A DNA stretch of 64,000 nt from an uncultured bacterium (GCA_965372795.1 CBDVDR010000012.1:32001-96000), one strand, 5' to 3'; counted from the stretch's first letter, positions 49,901 to 60,666 are shown. Notes: generated by a model from the sequence alone, not told the origin. Made by a program: numbers and translations.

Positions 49901-52112
49901 TACCGGTAAGATTTAGCGGAAGACAGATAATATCCGGCTGGCATAAATTCACTACCGAATCAGAAACTTGGGCAGTAATAGAATTACCTTCAGTAACAGT
50001 TACAAAAACCGTGTCACGGTCAACTTCCATACAAGCATCATAGACCGAAACAATTATCTCATGAATACCATAACTATCAGGTGTAAAGCAGATCACGTCA
50101 TTATTTATAAGACCATGAGTTGAAACTATCGAGTCGATATTGTTATCCGGGTCACTATAAGAAATCGGATCCAGACATATTTCTGCAAGATCACATTGGC
50201 GAACTTCAAAATCAGCACCGGCTGTAATTATCGGGGAGCTGTTAAATTCAGTACTGACATCAAAAGAACAAACGTCCTCTCCACAGACAGAAAAGGCTGT
50301 CATTGTAATAGTTTGAACACCGGGAGATAAAACAGGCACCATTACCTGATTACCTACAAGATATGCCGGAGAAGAAACTTTGACCGAATCAACTAACGGC
50401 GAGATTTGATAATCAAAGACTAAGGTGTCAGCCTCGCATAATAATAGTAAATCAGTGCTTGGCGGACAGGTAATCCGATCATCCATATGGACATCAACGG
50501 TGGCAGTGCTTACCGAAGTATTACATTCTGCTACAGCTGTAATTTCGATTGTGTATAGACCGGCAGTATCAGCCGGGAAACAAATAAATCCGTTGTCGTA
50601 GGTTCCAAAATTTGTATTTATGGTCTGATAGATTCCTGTAATAGAAACCGGCAGACATATATTATCAGGACCACAAAGATGAGCAAGAGAATCAGAAACA
50701 TTTACAGTAACATAATCACCTTGTTCAACAGTTAACTCAATCAACACCTGATCGGTTTCGCCACACTCATCTTCGGCAACGACAATGATTGAATAATCAC
50801 CAGCGGTATCAGGTGTAAAACAGTATTGACCGGAGACATAATTGTAATAACCAACGGTTCCGGTAACAGAAACAAGATTATTATCAATGTCGCTAACATC
50901 AACCGGCAAACAGATTTCTTCAAACACACACTGGCGGAAATAAGTTGTCGAAGGAGTATAGCTAAGAACCGGCGCCGTATTAGCAAAGATTGTTACATCA
51001 ACAAAATCAGTGCTGATTTCGCCACACTCATCTATTACAGAAACCTGTACGGTATAAGTACCGAGAGTGTCAACGGTGAAACATATATAGTTAAATTTTG
51101 GATTATAAACAAATCCGTTGGCTAAATCCGTTTGGACATCAACAATATTGTTATCATAATCAGAGATGCCAACCGGAACACAAACCTGTCCACCAATACA
51201 GGCGGCTAATGAATAATTTGCCGGGAGCGCAACCAGTGGAGGCTGGTTACAAAGGATTGTAACCGTAAAATTTTTCTCGTAAGTACCACAGGGTGTTGCG
51301 ACAGTGATAGAGATCGGATTGGTAATACCACAGGATGAAGAGAATGCAATCGCCTTAAGATCTGGATCATACCAGGTATTGATACCGGTAATAGTTGTAT
51401 CAGAACCGGGAGGAACATTTTCAAGAGTAATCGGGAAATAATAGGTTCCGGTTTCACAAACAAAAACAGTAGTATCGTTCGGAACCTCAAAATCGATCTG
51501 GAAATCGGTTTGGATATAAATATTAGCCGTATCAGCTGAAACTTCACCACATTCATCAGTGGCAGTAATTATAACTTCATAATAACCGGTGTCATAAGAA
51601 ACAAACTGTAAAGTACTGGTCGTTAAATTCAGATAACCAAGATTGTTGGTAATACCTACAATGTTAGAATCGGGATCTGAAATAGTTACCGGTACATAGA
51701 TCCAACCCGGGGCACATTGATAGTAGAGACTATCATTCATGCCGCTTACTACCGGCGGACGATTATCAGAAAGCTGATCAGTCATGTATGCCTGAACTAA
51801 GTTAGTGCCATCGGAAACCGAGACATGGAATAAATAAGTTCCGGCAGAACCGGGCGTGTAAGTAATTAATCCGGTAGAAGAATTGATACTTCCCGGACCA
51901 GATATTAATTCATATGTTAATGGATCATTTTCAGGATCAGTTGCAACAACTTGAATTGTTCTATCCTGAACATTCCCGCAATAGCCGCCGAAGAAACCCT
52001 GGTCCTGAAATACAGGAGAGGCTCCTATTACATTACCGGCAGTAAACCCGGAAATTATTAATAATAGAAAAAGTATTCTAGATTTTGAATAGTTTCTAAA
52101 AATCCCTATCAA
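46962..52112 (-). CDS. Large secreted Cys-rich Ig-like repeat protein with cohesin-like, dockerin-like and FlgD-Ig/T9SS-like C-terminal domains
   Basis: TTG start after GGAGG; signal peptide; repeated N-x-P...D-x-D...C-F-x-P-D-T-A-G-x-Y...D-x-C units; GDVN...DVNADG dockerin-like pair; LHQNYPNPFNP...KKMLLLK tail. Confidence 0.85.
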   Translation of the reverse strand: MIGIFRNYSKSRILFLLLIISGFTAGNVIGASPVFQDQGFFGGYCGNVQDRTIQVVATDPENDPLTYELISGPGSINSSTGLITYTPGSAGTYLFHVSVSDGTNLVQAYMTDQLSDNRPPVVSGMNDSLYYQCAPGWIYVPVTISDPDSNIVGITNNLGYLNLTTSTLQFVSYDTGYYEVIITATDECGEVSADTANIYIQTDFQIDFEVPNDTTVFVCETGTYYFPITLENVPPGSDTTITGINTWYDPDLKAIAFSSSCGITNPISITVATPCGTYEKNFTVTILCNQPPLVALPANYSLAACIGGQVCVPVGISDYDNNIVDVQTDLANGFVYNPKFNYICFTVDTLGTYTVQVSVIDECGEISTDFVDVTIFANTAPVLSYTPSTTYFRQCVFEEICLPVDVSDIDNNLVSVTGTVGYYNYVSGQYCFTPDTAGDYSIIVVAEDECGETDQVLIELTVEQGDYVTVNVSDSLAHLCGPDNICLPVSITGIYQTINTNFGTYDNGFICFPADTAGLYTIEITAVAECNTSVSTATVDVHMDDRITCPPSTDLLLLCEADTLVFDYQISPLVDSVKVSSPAYLVGNQVMVPVLSPGVQTITMTAFSVCGEDVCSFDVSTEFNSSPIITAGADFEVRQCDLAEICLDPISYSDPDNNIDSIVSTHGLINNDVICFTPDSYGIHEIIVSVYDACMEVDRDTVFVTVTEGNSITAQVSDSVVNLCQPDIICLPLNLTGIYDELIINYGTYSNGEVCFDADTAGTYNIEITANAECNSVTVNATVVVTIDDRIVCPGDVGPLFLCGPDTLAFDYQTSMLVDSVKVTEPAYLMDGKVYVPVLAQGSMEISMTAYSVCGIEQCSFNIMTDFNSSPFISMGDDISISECGLIQKSFSFNLYDNDNNITSVVASPNVDSIVGTQYFFTPDDYGLHTIILTVTDACNEIYSDTLIIDYKLGGFAAINCPQTIVYDTICGPDTVYIENFVVEPDYAIVTVDNGVYDAASQTLALYIIEEGLRSVEVVALTQCQTDTCSFDLDIHIPVKPLVVCAPPIDTLVCIDTLGTICVPITITGTDLDISISPLGVYNGNEICFPVDTAGFYEIQIIADNQCGADTCYVVVNVIDDQAPILSLPADTTIIWCPQDTTLKCFDGIFSTDTRSQSFITMTCGDGTLELTDADTGQVCFRPDTVGNYEFCFESTDGCKTISKSFFVNVVDKGDCDVCVRLTIDGGECDGVGVAHNVSLKIESNDYITSFNIMIEYDKTVMSFQSADTTNSDIAGWEYFSFRLGEESCGNACPSGLVQFLGIAGLGDGEIIPPNVSLKPQDVLIDISFRIANDQNLSNQFLPIKFFTYACNNNTFTSLNGDVTYFNNKIYNAEGILIWDEEDDINFPELSRPFGMGGSNGCLNNSTLPNPERCIEYYNGGICILPLEEYSSRGDVNLNRVPYEIADAVVFSNYFIRGLAVFVVDPVGQVAATDVNADGLTLTIADLVLLIRIIVGDALPIPKVIPNEENLAITDVVEKGVKTVTTDAASSIGGALFKFDLIGDVDIQQPRVAEGAEGMQLLHNVVDDQLLVILFDIGNNRIDAGKNDIFEIPFNGSGSIEFVEVEIVDYQGRPFDAVFKGTSLPTAFELHQNYPNPFNPITNIDFALPKPSDWSITVYNINGALVRKFDGSADAGVVSIQWDGTNSTGSQVASGVYLYRLKTDNFSKTKKMLLLK

Positions 52113-52324
52113 CGTTATCTTCCTCCAAAGAGCTATAAGCCCTTGTTCACAAACTAAGAATATATTGGTATCCCAATAACCAATTCCTCAGCGACGTACC
52201 TATCCTCTTCAGTCAAATACTGGCAATTCCCTCTATAACATTTCATCTTCCAATTAAAGGCTACCCTGTAGAAATTAAAACGGTAGTAAAATACGGTAAG
52301 TATGTTAATTTTGTCAGCGTCCAC

Positions 52325-52352
52325 AATATACCTTTATTGCCTGAAAAGTCAA
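52325..52352 (-). promoter_or_regulatory. Sigma70-type promoter for the large surface protein
   Basis: TTGACT-16 nt-TATATT. Confidence 0.5.
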
Positions 52353-52378
52353 GACATTATGACTTCTGAGAGCTGTAA

Positions 52379-52394
52379 TGCAAGAATCCTGCCA
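52379..52394 (-). promoter_or_regulatory. Sigma54 (-24/-12) promoter
   Basis: TGGCAGGATTCTTGCA matches TGGCACG-N4-TTGCW with correct GG-N10-GC spacing. Confidence 0.65.
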
Positions 52395-52714
52395 AGTTTC
52401 TAAGTTGTTAAAATCGTTCATGTTAATGACTTTAGAATGGTTTCTGAAAAGGTCCATTCGCTAATTGTGAAAGCTGTTGCAGATTATTTGCGCAAAATAA
52501 TACATTATTGAAATAGGCAGCAGGTACAGCAATTTTCTGAATAATGAGCAAAACAAAAAGGTGCCTTTTAACGCAAACACTGCGCTGTTCAGGACGTTAT
52601 AAATTGATAACTCTGAAAATAAATCTAAATGGCTCAAATTCGTAAAATTGCTGGTTGACTTAAAGGACTATTTTAGTAGATATTATATTATTATCAAAAT
52701 AATTGGGAGTAACT

Positions 52715-54679
52715 ATGGCAAAAAAAATATCCTCCAAAAAAACAACTGTCCAAACAATTGACACTTTGTTAACTGAAAAACGGAAATTTAAACCATCAGC
52801 GTCTTTTGTAAAACAATCGAATATATCTAAAAAGACAATTTATGCTCAGGCAAAGGCTAATCCGGTTAAATTTTGGGAAAAAATGGCTTCCGAATTAGTC
52901 TGGAAAAAGAAGTGGACTAAAGGATTATCATGGAATCCACCGGATGCAAAATGGTTTGTAGGCGGCAAGCTTAATATCACCGAGTCCTGCCTTGATCAGC
53001 ATATTCATAATGGACGTCGCAATAAAGCAGCTCTGATTTGGGAAGGTGAGCCGGGAGATAAACAGACCTATACTTATTTTGATTTATACCGTCAGGTTAA
53101 TAAATTTGCTAATGTTTTAAAAAATCTCGGAATAAAAAAGGGCGACAGGGTAGCTATCTATTTGCCTATGATCCCAGAACTGGCCGTGGCTATGCTTGGA
53201 TGCGCAAGAATAGGTGCAATTCATTCGGTTGTTTTTGGAGGCTTCTCCCCCGAATCTCTCCGTGACAGGATTCAGGATTTAGAGGCTAAACTATTGATAA
53301 CCGCCGATGGCGGATACCGACGCGGACAGATTATACCTTTGAAACATGATGCCGATGTTGCCATTGCAGACTGTCCTTCTATAGAGCATGTCATAATTGT
53401 CAAACGTGGAGATTTCCTTCTTCGAATTAAAGAAGGTCGGGATCACTGGTATCATCGACAGATGCAGGAAGCTGATAATTATTGCCCGCCGGTATATGTT
53501 GATGCTGAACACCCTCTCTTTATCTTATATACCTCAGGTACCACCGGAAAACCAAAAGGGATAATGCACACCTGCGGGGGTTACTTAACCGGAGTTTATG
53601 CAACTACCAAATTTGTGTTTGATGTTAAAGATGATGATGTTTACTGGTGTACGGCAGATATCGGATGGATTACCGGACATTCATATATAGTCTATGGACC
53701 AATGGCAAATGGTGTTACTCAAGTTATGTATGAAGGGGCTCCTAACTGGCCTGATCAAGATCGGTTCTGGCAAATTGTCGAGGATTACGGGGTGACAATA
53801 TTTTATACCGCTCCAACGGCAATCAGATCATTTATGAACTGGGGTCGAAAATGGCCGGACAATCATGATTTGAGTTCGTTACGCCTTTTGGGTACGGTTG
53901 GTGAACCGATAAATCCGGAAGCCTGGATGTGGTATCATGAGGTAATCGGTCATAAAAAATGCCCGATTGTTGATACCTGGTGGCAAACTGAAACCGGCCA
54001 TATAATGATAACTCCTCTTCCGGGTATTACAACCACCAAACCCGGATCAGCGACTCATACATTCCCCGGAATTTCGGCTGTCATTCTTGATGAAGATGGC
54101 AAAGAAGTTAAAAAAGGTGGCGGATATTTGGCGATCAATAAACCATGGCCCGGGATGCTTCGCGGTATTTGGGGTGACCGTGAAAGATTCGTTGAAACAT
54201 ACTGGACAAAATGGAAAGATATTTATTTCCCCGGCGATGGAGCCAAAATCGATGAAGAAAAATATTTATGGATTCTTGGACGAGTTGATGATGTTATCAA
54301 TATCTCCGGACACAGACTTTCAACTATGGAGGTTGAGTCAGCCCTGGTTGAACATCAAAATGTAACAGAAGCTGCCGTGGTTGGGATACCCCATAAGATA
54401 AAAGGTGAATGTCTGGTGGCATTTGTTACTCTTGAACAAGGGCTTGAATTTACCGAAAGGCAAAACGCTCAACTAAGAGATTTTGTAGCCCGAAAAATCG
54501 GTGCCATTGCTAAACCAGAAAAAATAATATTTACATCCGATTTGCCCAAAACCAGATCAGGGAAAATTATGCGGCGGCTCCTAAGGGATATTGCAACCGG
54601 TAAAATTATGGGTGACACGACAACTTTGGCCGATCCTGATGTTCTGAATAAAATTAAAGCGAGATATGAAGAAGATTAA
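52715..54679 (+). CDS. acs: Acetyl-CoA synthetase
   Basis: [26 protein letters not shown] and [11 protein letters not shown] motifs. Confidence 0.97.
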   Translation: MAKKISSKKTTVQTIDTLLTEKRKFKPSASFVKQSNISKKTIYAQAKANPVKFWEKMASELVWKKKWTKGLSWNPPDAKWFVGGKLNITESCLDQHIHNGRRNKAALIWEGEPGDKQTYTYFDLYRQVNKFANVLKNLGIKKGDRVAIYLPMIPELAVAMLGCARIGAIHSVVFGGFSPESLRDRIQDLEAKLLITADGGYRRGQIIPLKHDADVAIADCPSIEHVIIVKRGDFLLRIKEGRDHWYHRQMQEADNYCPPVYVDAEHPLFILYTSGTTGKPKGIMHTCGGYLTGVYATTKFVFDVKDDDVYWCTADIGWITGHSYIVYGPMANGVTQVMYEGAPNWPDQDRFWQIVEDYGVTIFYTAPTAIRSFMNWGRKWPDNHDLSSLRLLGTVGEPINPEAWMWYHEVIGHKKCPIVDTWWQTETGHIMITPLPGITTTKPGSATHTFPGISAVILDEDGKEVKKGGGYLAINKPWPGMLRGIWGDRERFVETYWTKWKDIYFPGDGAKIDEEKYLWILGRVDDVINISGHRLSTMEVESALVEHQNVTEAAVVGIPHKIKGECLVAFVTLEQGLEFTERQNAQLRDFVARKIGAIAKPEKIIFTSDLPKTRSGKIMRRLLRDIATGKIMGDTTTLADPDVLNKIKARYEED

Positions 54680-54740
54680 AAAATAGCTGATGAAATCAGC
54701 TTTATATTGACCGGAACGTAATTCTACAGTAATCTTTAGA

Positions 54741-55445
54741 ATGATTTATAAAACCGGCCTGGAAATTATTGAACCTGATAACTGGGTAAACTTCGTTTTT
54801 GATCTTCCGGGCTGCTTTTCTCAAGCCCGTACAAAAAAAGATGCTATTGATAACAGTACCGAATCCATCAAAGAATATCTAAACTGGCGTGAAGGGTATA
54901 ATTACTCAGAATCAAATCAAACGGAACCGATTCAATTTGAAATTGTAGAAAAATTTGATAAACTAATTTATGAAGGTAATTATATAATCAATGCTTTTTT
55001 TGAAGCTGACAAACAAATTTTCTTACCTGAAGAAATTTATCAAATAGAATGGTTATTGGATTGCAGCAGAAATGACCTTGCTAATATCCTCAAAACTTTA
55101 ACAACGGATCAACTTGACCAAACTATTAAAGGAGAAGTACAGAAAAATATCAGAGGCGTTCTAAGACATATCGCAACAGCAGAAGTCTGGTTATTAGAAA
55201 GTATTAATCTTGCTTTTGACCGTTCAGAGATTCCTGTTGAAACATTTGAAGCTCTTAGTAAAACAAGAAATTATACTGTCAGTATTTTAGAAAAATTTAT
55301 TAACAATGATACAATTGCGATTCGAAAATCCGAGCAGTGGTCACCCCGAAAAGTTATAAGGCGGATGCTCTGGCACGAACGCATTCATACTCAGCAAATT
55401 AGAAAATATTTAAAATTATTAAATTCGGGTATTGTCAATGAATAG
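54741..55445 (+). CDS. HicB-like N-domain / DinB-like C-domain protein
   Basis: DLPGCFSQART..DA N-terminus; LRHIATAE...WSPRKVIRRMLWHERIH DinB-type His motifs. Confidence 0.65.
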   Translation: MIYKTGLEIIEPDNWVNFVFDLPGCFSQARTKKDAIDNSTESIKEYLNWREGYNYSESNQTEPIQFEIVEKFDKLIYEGNYIINAFFEADKQIFLPEEIYQIEWLLDCSRNDLANILKTLTTDQLDQTIKGEVQKNIRGVLRHIATAEVWLLESINLAFDRSEIPVETFEALSKTRNYTVSILEKFINNDTIAIRKSEQWSPRKVIRRMLWHERIHTQQIRKYLKLLNSGIVNE

Positions 55446-56604
55446 AAAAATTATCATCCCTCTCATGCTAATAATGTTGGTAGTTAGCATAAATATTAAT
55501 GCTGAAATTGTTGATTCGTTTCAACAGGCAAAAACAGCCGCCTCCAATTCTGGGAATGTTATCCTGGTTGAATTGTATGATACACAATGTAAGAGTTGCA
55601 GAGTAATTGAAGATGCTAAAGATTCAGATAAGTCAATTAGCGTATTATTTTCAAAATTCATCCTTTTTTCTGCAAATGTAACTGAGAAAGAGGGAAAATC
55701 TCTTGCAAGACAATATAAAGCCGGTCAAAATTTTCCGGTTTTTTTATTACTGGATAAAGAAGGCAAAGTTTTAAACAAATGGATTAGCTACCGGAGTATT
55801 ACTTTTTTTCTCAGAACTTTAAGAAAAAATCTAATTGGAACAATGACTGTTGATGAAAAAGTATCATTTTACCATGAAAGCCCTACCGACGAACTCGCCT
55901 TTCTTCTGGCCAAAGATTTTGCCAGTCATAATAAATATTCTGAAGCGATAAAATATTTTAAAGAAGCAAGAAAATTAAAAGGAAATAATAAAAAAGATTT
56001 CAGCTATGCTATTTTCAATAATAGCGCCAAGGCTGTCTTAAACAACGACATACCATTTGAGCAACTTCTTCTGGCTGCAGATGAAATGGTTGAGTTCACT
56101 ACCAACAAAAAAAATATTATTAAATCTATCATTACCCTTACCGGAGTTGCTAAAGAAAAAAACAAGACCAGTATGCTTGGCAAGTATTTAGAAGCGGGTA
56201 TAAATGCTTCAAACAACAGTCAAACACCCAAGGATAAAGGATTTGCTGCTGATTTTGAAGCTGACTTAGCCCTCTATATTGATTTAGATATTGAAAAAGC
56301 AATAGCGATCAAGAAAAAATATATGGGACTCGGATGGCGGATGGATCCAAAATTATATTTCCCTTTTGCAAATTGGTGCCTGGATCGAAAGATAAATCTT
56401 AAAGCAGCAGAGAAATATGCACGAGAGGCATCAGTAGATGCTACCGGAGGTCAATTCAGAGGATTCGTTTTTAATGTGATTGCTGAATTATGTTATGAGC
56501 AAGGGAAAATTGACGAAGCAACTGCAAATATCAGAAAAGCTTTAAATGAGGACCCTAATAATAAAGATTTTAAGGCGAATCTAAAAAAATATACCAAGAG
56601 ATAG
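55432..56604 (+). CDS. Secreted thioredoxin-like (CKSC) plus TPR protein
   Basis: Signal peptide, CxxC, FP cis-Pro loop, C-terminal TPR-like helices. Confidence 0.7.
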   Translation: MSMNRKIIIPLMLIMLVVSININAEIVDSFQQAKTAASNSGNVILVELYDTQCKSCRVIEDAKDSDKSISVLFSKFILFSANVTEKEGKSLARQYKAGQNFPVFLLLDKEGKVLNKWISYRSITFFLRTLRKNLIGTMTVDEKVSFYHESPTDELAFLLAKDFASHNKYSEAIKYFKEARKLKGNNKKDFSYAIFNNSAKAVLNNDIPFEQLLLAADEMVEFTTNKKNIIKSIITLTGVAKEKNKTSMLGKYLEAGINASNNSQTPKDKGFAADFEADLALYIDLDIEKAIAIKKKYMGLGWRMDPKLYFPFANWCLDRKINLKAAEKYAREASVDATGGQFRGFVFNVIAELCYEQGKIDEATANIRKALNEDPNNKDFKANLKKYTKR

Positions 56605-56642
56605 AATAAAATGTCAGTTAATGTGCTTAAATAGCATAAAAT

Positions 56643-56682
56643 AAAAGGCTGGTTTCTGTAAAAGAGACCAGCCTGTTTTTTT
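56643..56682. terminator. Probably bidirectional terminator between convergent genes
   Basis: AGGCTGGT/ACCAGCCT stem flanked by an A-run and a T-run. Confidence 0.75.
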
Positions 56683-56705
56683 AATTTCTTTTGTGACTAT
56701 GTCAC

Positions 56706-57518
56706 TTACTTGCCAGTATCACCGCTAAGAATAATTGGTAAAGAACCGGCGTCATTACCGATAACAATGATCTTGGAATTAGGAGATTCAGCAATTTTCA
56801 AAGTAGCTTCAATACCTTTCCATTTCAACAGTGAGTTAGTAATTCCCGCACTCACGATTTTTTGGAAGTCAGCAATACCTTGAGCTTCAATTCTTTTTCT
56901 ATCAGCTTCAAGTCTCTCTTTTTCAATGGTAAAGACCATCTTCTGAGATTCTTGTTCAGCGGTAAGTTTAAAATTAATAGCTTCAGAAATTTTTTGTGGA
57001 ATTTGTACATCACGGATGATTACATTTTCGATCTCTACATATTTGTCAGCAATTACTGATTTTAGATCGGCTCTGATTTTATTTGTAACTTCTTCCCTTT
57101 TTGTTGAGTAAATCTCTTCCGGAGTAAAGTTACCGGCAACCGAACGGGCAATACCCCGAACCTGCGGAGCAACCGCTACCTGATAATAATTTTGTCCGAT
57201 TTGTACTTGCAATGAATCAAGTTTAGTCATAATCGGACGAAACATAATTGACATTTCCATTCTAATCGTAGCACCATCTGATGATAATACTGTTACAACT
57301 TCTTTGCTTTCCTGAAGCTGAACTTTGTAGACAAAAATATTATTCCAAGGCAAATGCCAGGAGAAACCTTCAGTGTAGATTTTTCCAAATTCTGTACCAG
57401 CACCGAATTTTGCATAAAAAACGCCTTTGTGTCCGGATGGAATCTGGGTGCCACAGCCGATTGCGCCTAATGCTAAAATTACAATCATTAGCATTGGTAG
57501 TAATTTTAATCGCTTCAT
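56706..57518 (-). CDS. SPFH/prohibitin (band 7) family protein, possibly lipidated
   Basis: AIGC lipobox-like motif, EEIYSTKRE, IIRDV and EADRKRIEAQG motifs. Confidence 0.88.
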   Translation of the reverse strand: MKRLKLLPMLMIVILALGAIGCGTQIPSGHKGVFYAKFGAGTEFGKIYTEGFSWHLPWNNIFVYKVQLQESKEVVTVLSSDGATIRMEMSIMFRPIMTKLDSLQVQIGQNYYQVAVAPQVRGIARSVAGNFTPEEIYSTKREEVTNKIRADLKSVIADKYVEIENVIIRDVQIPQKISEAINFKLTAEQESQKMVFTIEKERLEADRKRIEAQGIADFQKIVSAGITNSLLKWKGIEATLKIAESPNSKIIVIGNDAGSLPIILSGDTGK

Positions 57519-57707
57519 AAACTTATTACCTCCGTGTTATTTGTTTCGATTTTATACTGAGTTGACTAATCTAAATGATATACTGTCAATATAAAAGCAT
57601 ATTCACAAGTAAAGCCTATTTTAATATTAAAATAATAGGAATATTCAAAAAGGGACAAAAATAAGCAGGTTTATTCATTATTTTAATTTGAAATCAAAAT
57701 ATATAAG

Positions 57708-58571
57708 CTATTGCAAGTTAACCCTATATGGAATACACCAGGTCCGGATATGCTGACCTGCGGGCAAAGTTCCGTCAAATGATTGAATCGTAATAATATT
57801 CCAAAGCCGGTTATTATTTGAAGGAGTTGAGACAGTATCAATTGAGTTTGTACCATTAATATATTTCATAGGGTATGTTAGAAATCCTTTATCTGATTCT
57901 GCAGAAATAATATGATATTCAGCAGTAGGAGCAGTTCTTTCGGCTTTAATTTCAAGTTTCATTCCCTTTTCAATTAAAGGAAAATCCTCGAGTTTAATAT
58001 ATGGGAGATTAAAGCCTACGGTCCGGTTGCGATATGAGCGAGAATCCCCATCAAATTGGACAGAGTTATCTGTAGATTTACCTTCGATAGTAACCGGAGC
58101 CGGGATCAAACCGAGGCTGTTGAAACCATACATTTTCCATCCCAGAAAAGCTCGGCTGTCATCGCCAAGTTTTAAAAAATAAGCATACCGAATTATTGAA
58201 CGAGTTGATTCGCCGGAAGTAGTATCATTACCGGTGTACCTGAATGTTTTGACAGTATAAAAATCTTCAACAATGGCTATTGCTTCTCTTACAAATCCGA
58301 TATTCTCAATCTCAGAGACATCTCCAATAGTAATATTTACATTTCTTCTGTTAGACTGGAACACGTCCTTGTAAAGGGCATTATCAAACGGCACACTATA
58401 CAAGGTTTCATCAAATAATGAATCAATCCGAAACAGCTCGACACCTTCTTCGGTATTTTCAAGATAACTTAATAACTGATCTTCGTCTGAAATGACAGGA
58501 ATTTCGATTTCTTCACATCCAATAATGAATAGTAAAGCAATTGCTGAGAAAATAAGAATCTTCTTTGTCAT
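57708..58571 (-). CDS. Hypothetical lipoprotein
   Basis: MTKK plus hydrophobic stretch and IIGC lipobox; no family recognised. Confidence 0.65.
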   Translation of the reverse strand: MTKKILIFSAIALLFIIGCEEIEIPVISDEDQLLSYLENTEEGVELFRIDSLFDETLYSVPFDNALYKDVFQSNRRNVNITIGDVSEIENIGFVREAIAIVEDFYTVKTFRYTGNDTTSGESTRSIIRYAYFLKLGDDSRAFLGWKMYGFNSLGLIPAPVTIEGKSTDNSVQFDGDSRSYRNRTVGFNLPYIKLEDFPLIEKGMKLEIKAERTAPTAEYHIISAESDKGFLTYPMKYINGTNSIDTVSTPSNNNRLWNIITIQSFDGTLPAGQHIRTWCIPYRVNLQ

Positions 58572-58629
58572 AATACTTTCTGCTAAAATTTAATTAACTT
58601 TATAACGAATTTATACTCGTATAACGAAT

Positions 58630-60666
58630 TTATACCCGTTTTGTTTTTTTCTTTTTCATTTTATTTTTCAATTCATCAATCTCATCCCGAATAAGGGTAG
58701 CTGTTTCAAAATCAAGATTTTCCGCTGCTTTTTTCATTGTTTTCATCAAAAACTGAACCTGATCTTCACGCCCCATGGCTTCAAATCCGGTTGGTTTTAC
58801 AAATTTGGCTTCTTCTTCGGTTTTACTGTCAGCGAAGCTTGTTGAACGAAGAATTTCTTCACGGGTTTTGAAAACTGTTTCGGGATTGATATTATTTTCT
58901 AAGTTATAAGCTGCCTGTTTATCCCTACGCCGGTTGGTTTCATCAAGTGCTATTTGCATAGAATTAGTAATTTTATCCGCATAAAATATAACTTCACCAT
59001 CTTTATTCCGCGCGGCTCGTCCGGCAGTTTGAATAAGCGCCCTCGCTGATCTCAAGAAGCCTTCTTTGTCAGCATCCAAAATGGCAATTAGAGAAACTTC
59101 GGGCAGATCAAGTCCTTCTCTTAGGAGATTAACGCCCACTAAAACATCAAATTCAGCCAGCCTTAGATCACGAATAATCCCGGTGCGTTCAATAGCTGCA
59201 ATTTCACTATGTACATATCTGGCACGAATTCCATTTTTATTTAAATAATCGGTAAGGTCTTCAGACATTCTTTTTGTTAAGGTAGTGACTAAAACCCGAT
59301 CTCCTTTTTCTTTCCTGATTCGGGTTTGTTCAAGGAGGTCGTCAACCTGGGTAGCCAATGGTTTAACTATAATTTTTGGGTCAAGCAGACCGGTTGGTCG
59401 GATAATCTGGTCGACAATCACCCCTTCGCTTTTTTCAAGCTCATAATCAGCCGGGGTCGCCGAGACATAGATTACTTTATTCATCATATTTTCAAATTCC
59501 TCAAAAAACAGAGGTCTGTTGTCCAATGCTGAGGGAAGTCTGAAACCATGTTCGACAAGGGTGGTTTTCCGGCTGCGATCACCGGCAAACATCCCTCGAA
59601 CCTGTGGAATAGATTGATGGGATTCATCAATAATTGTAATAAAATCGTCCGGGAAAAAATCTATTAAAGTAAATGGACGTTCACCTTCTTTTCTTCCGGA
59701 TAGATGGCGGGAATAATTCTCAACTCCCGAACAATAACCAATCTCTTTCAGCATTTCCAGATCGTACTTGGTTCGGCTATCAAGACGTTGAGCCTCAAGG
59801 AGTTTGTCTTGTGATCTGAAAAATTCTAACCTTTGGGCAAGCTCGCTTTCAATTAATTTGATGGCACCTTTTAACTGTTCGGGTGAGGTTATAAAATGTT
59901 TAGCAGGATAGATAGACACTCGTTCCCGTTCTGAAATAACTTCCCCCGTGAGTGGATTAATTTCAGAAATTCGCTCTATTTCATCACCATAAAACTCAAT
60001 TCTAAATGCATGTTCATGGTAAGCCGGAATCAGTTCAATGGTATCACCCCTAACCCGAAACTTTCCCCGTGAAAAATCTATTTCATTTCGAACATAGTGG
60101 ATTTTTATCAAATCCCGGATCATTTCATCGCGGTCAATGATACTGTTTTTGTTTATCACCAAAAGTTGATTTTTATATTCTTCAGGAGAACCAAGTCCAT
60201 AAATACAAGAGACCGAGGCGACAATGATGACATCACTCCGGTCCAGAAGTGATGCGGTGGCACGCAATCTTAACCGGTCAATATCCTCATTTATGGCTGT
60301 GTCTTTCTCGATATAAACATCTGTGGTCGGCACATAAGCTTCCGGCTGGTAATAGTCATAATAGCTTATGAAGAATTCAACCGCATTATTTGGGAAAAAA
60401 GCCTTTAGTTCTCCATAAAGCTGAGCTGCAAGAGTTTTATTATGAGACATAACGAGAGCCGGTTTGCCATATTGGGCGATAGTATTAGCAATTGTAAAAG
60501 TTTTACCGGATCCGGTTACTCCTAAAAGAGTTTGATGCTTTAAGTTAGAGTTCAGCCCGTCTAATAATTCTTTAATCGCCTGTGGCTGGTCCCCTTTTGG
60601 AGTAAAATTTGACTTCAATTCGAAATCAATTTTTTCAGGCATTATGTATATTTTATCATTTTTCAT
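58630..60666 (-). CDS. uvrB: Excinuclease ABC subunit B
   Basis: [29 protein letters not shown] and GRAARN motifs. Confidence 0.98.
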   Translation of the reverse strand: MKNDKIYIMPEKIDFELKSNFTPKGDQPQAIKELLDGLNSNLKHQTLLGVTGSGKTFTIANTIAQYGKPALVMSHNKTLAAQLYGELKAFFPNNAVEFFISYYDYYQPEAYVPTTDVYIEKDTAINEDIDRLRLRATASLLDRSDVIIVASVSCIYGLGSPEEYKNQLLVINKNSIIDRDEMIRDLIKIHYVRNEIDFSRGKFRVRGDTIELIPAYHEHAFRIEFYGDEIERISEINPLTGEVISERERVSIYPAKHFITSPEQLKGAIKLIESELAQRLEFFRSQDKLLEAQRLDSRTKYDLEMLKEIGYCSGVENYSRHLSGRKEGERPFTLIDFFPDDFITIIDESHQSIPQVRGMFAGDRSRKTTLVEHGFRLPSALDNRPLFFEEFENMMNKVIYVSATPADYELEKSEGVIVDQIIRPTGLLDPKIIVKPLATQVDDLLEQTRIRKEKGDRVLVTTLTKRMSEDLTDYLNKNGIRARYVHSEIAAIERTGIIRDLRLAEFDVLVGVNLLREGLDLPEVSLIAILDADKEGFLRSARALIQTAGRAARNKDGEVIFYADKITNSMQIALDETNRRRDKQAAYNLENNINPETVFKTREEILRSTSFADSKTEEEAKFVKPTGFEAMGREDQVQFLMKTMKKAAENLDFETATLIRDEIDELKNKMKKKKTKRV

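Noticed and set aside
52546..52590. GCAAA...ACGCAAA resembling a c-di-GMP-I riboswitch upstream of acs
   Set aside because: It lacks the GNRA-capped stem and second hairpin, and lies upstream of the likely acs promoter (TTGACT near 52655).
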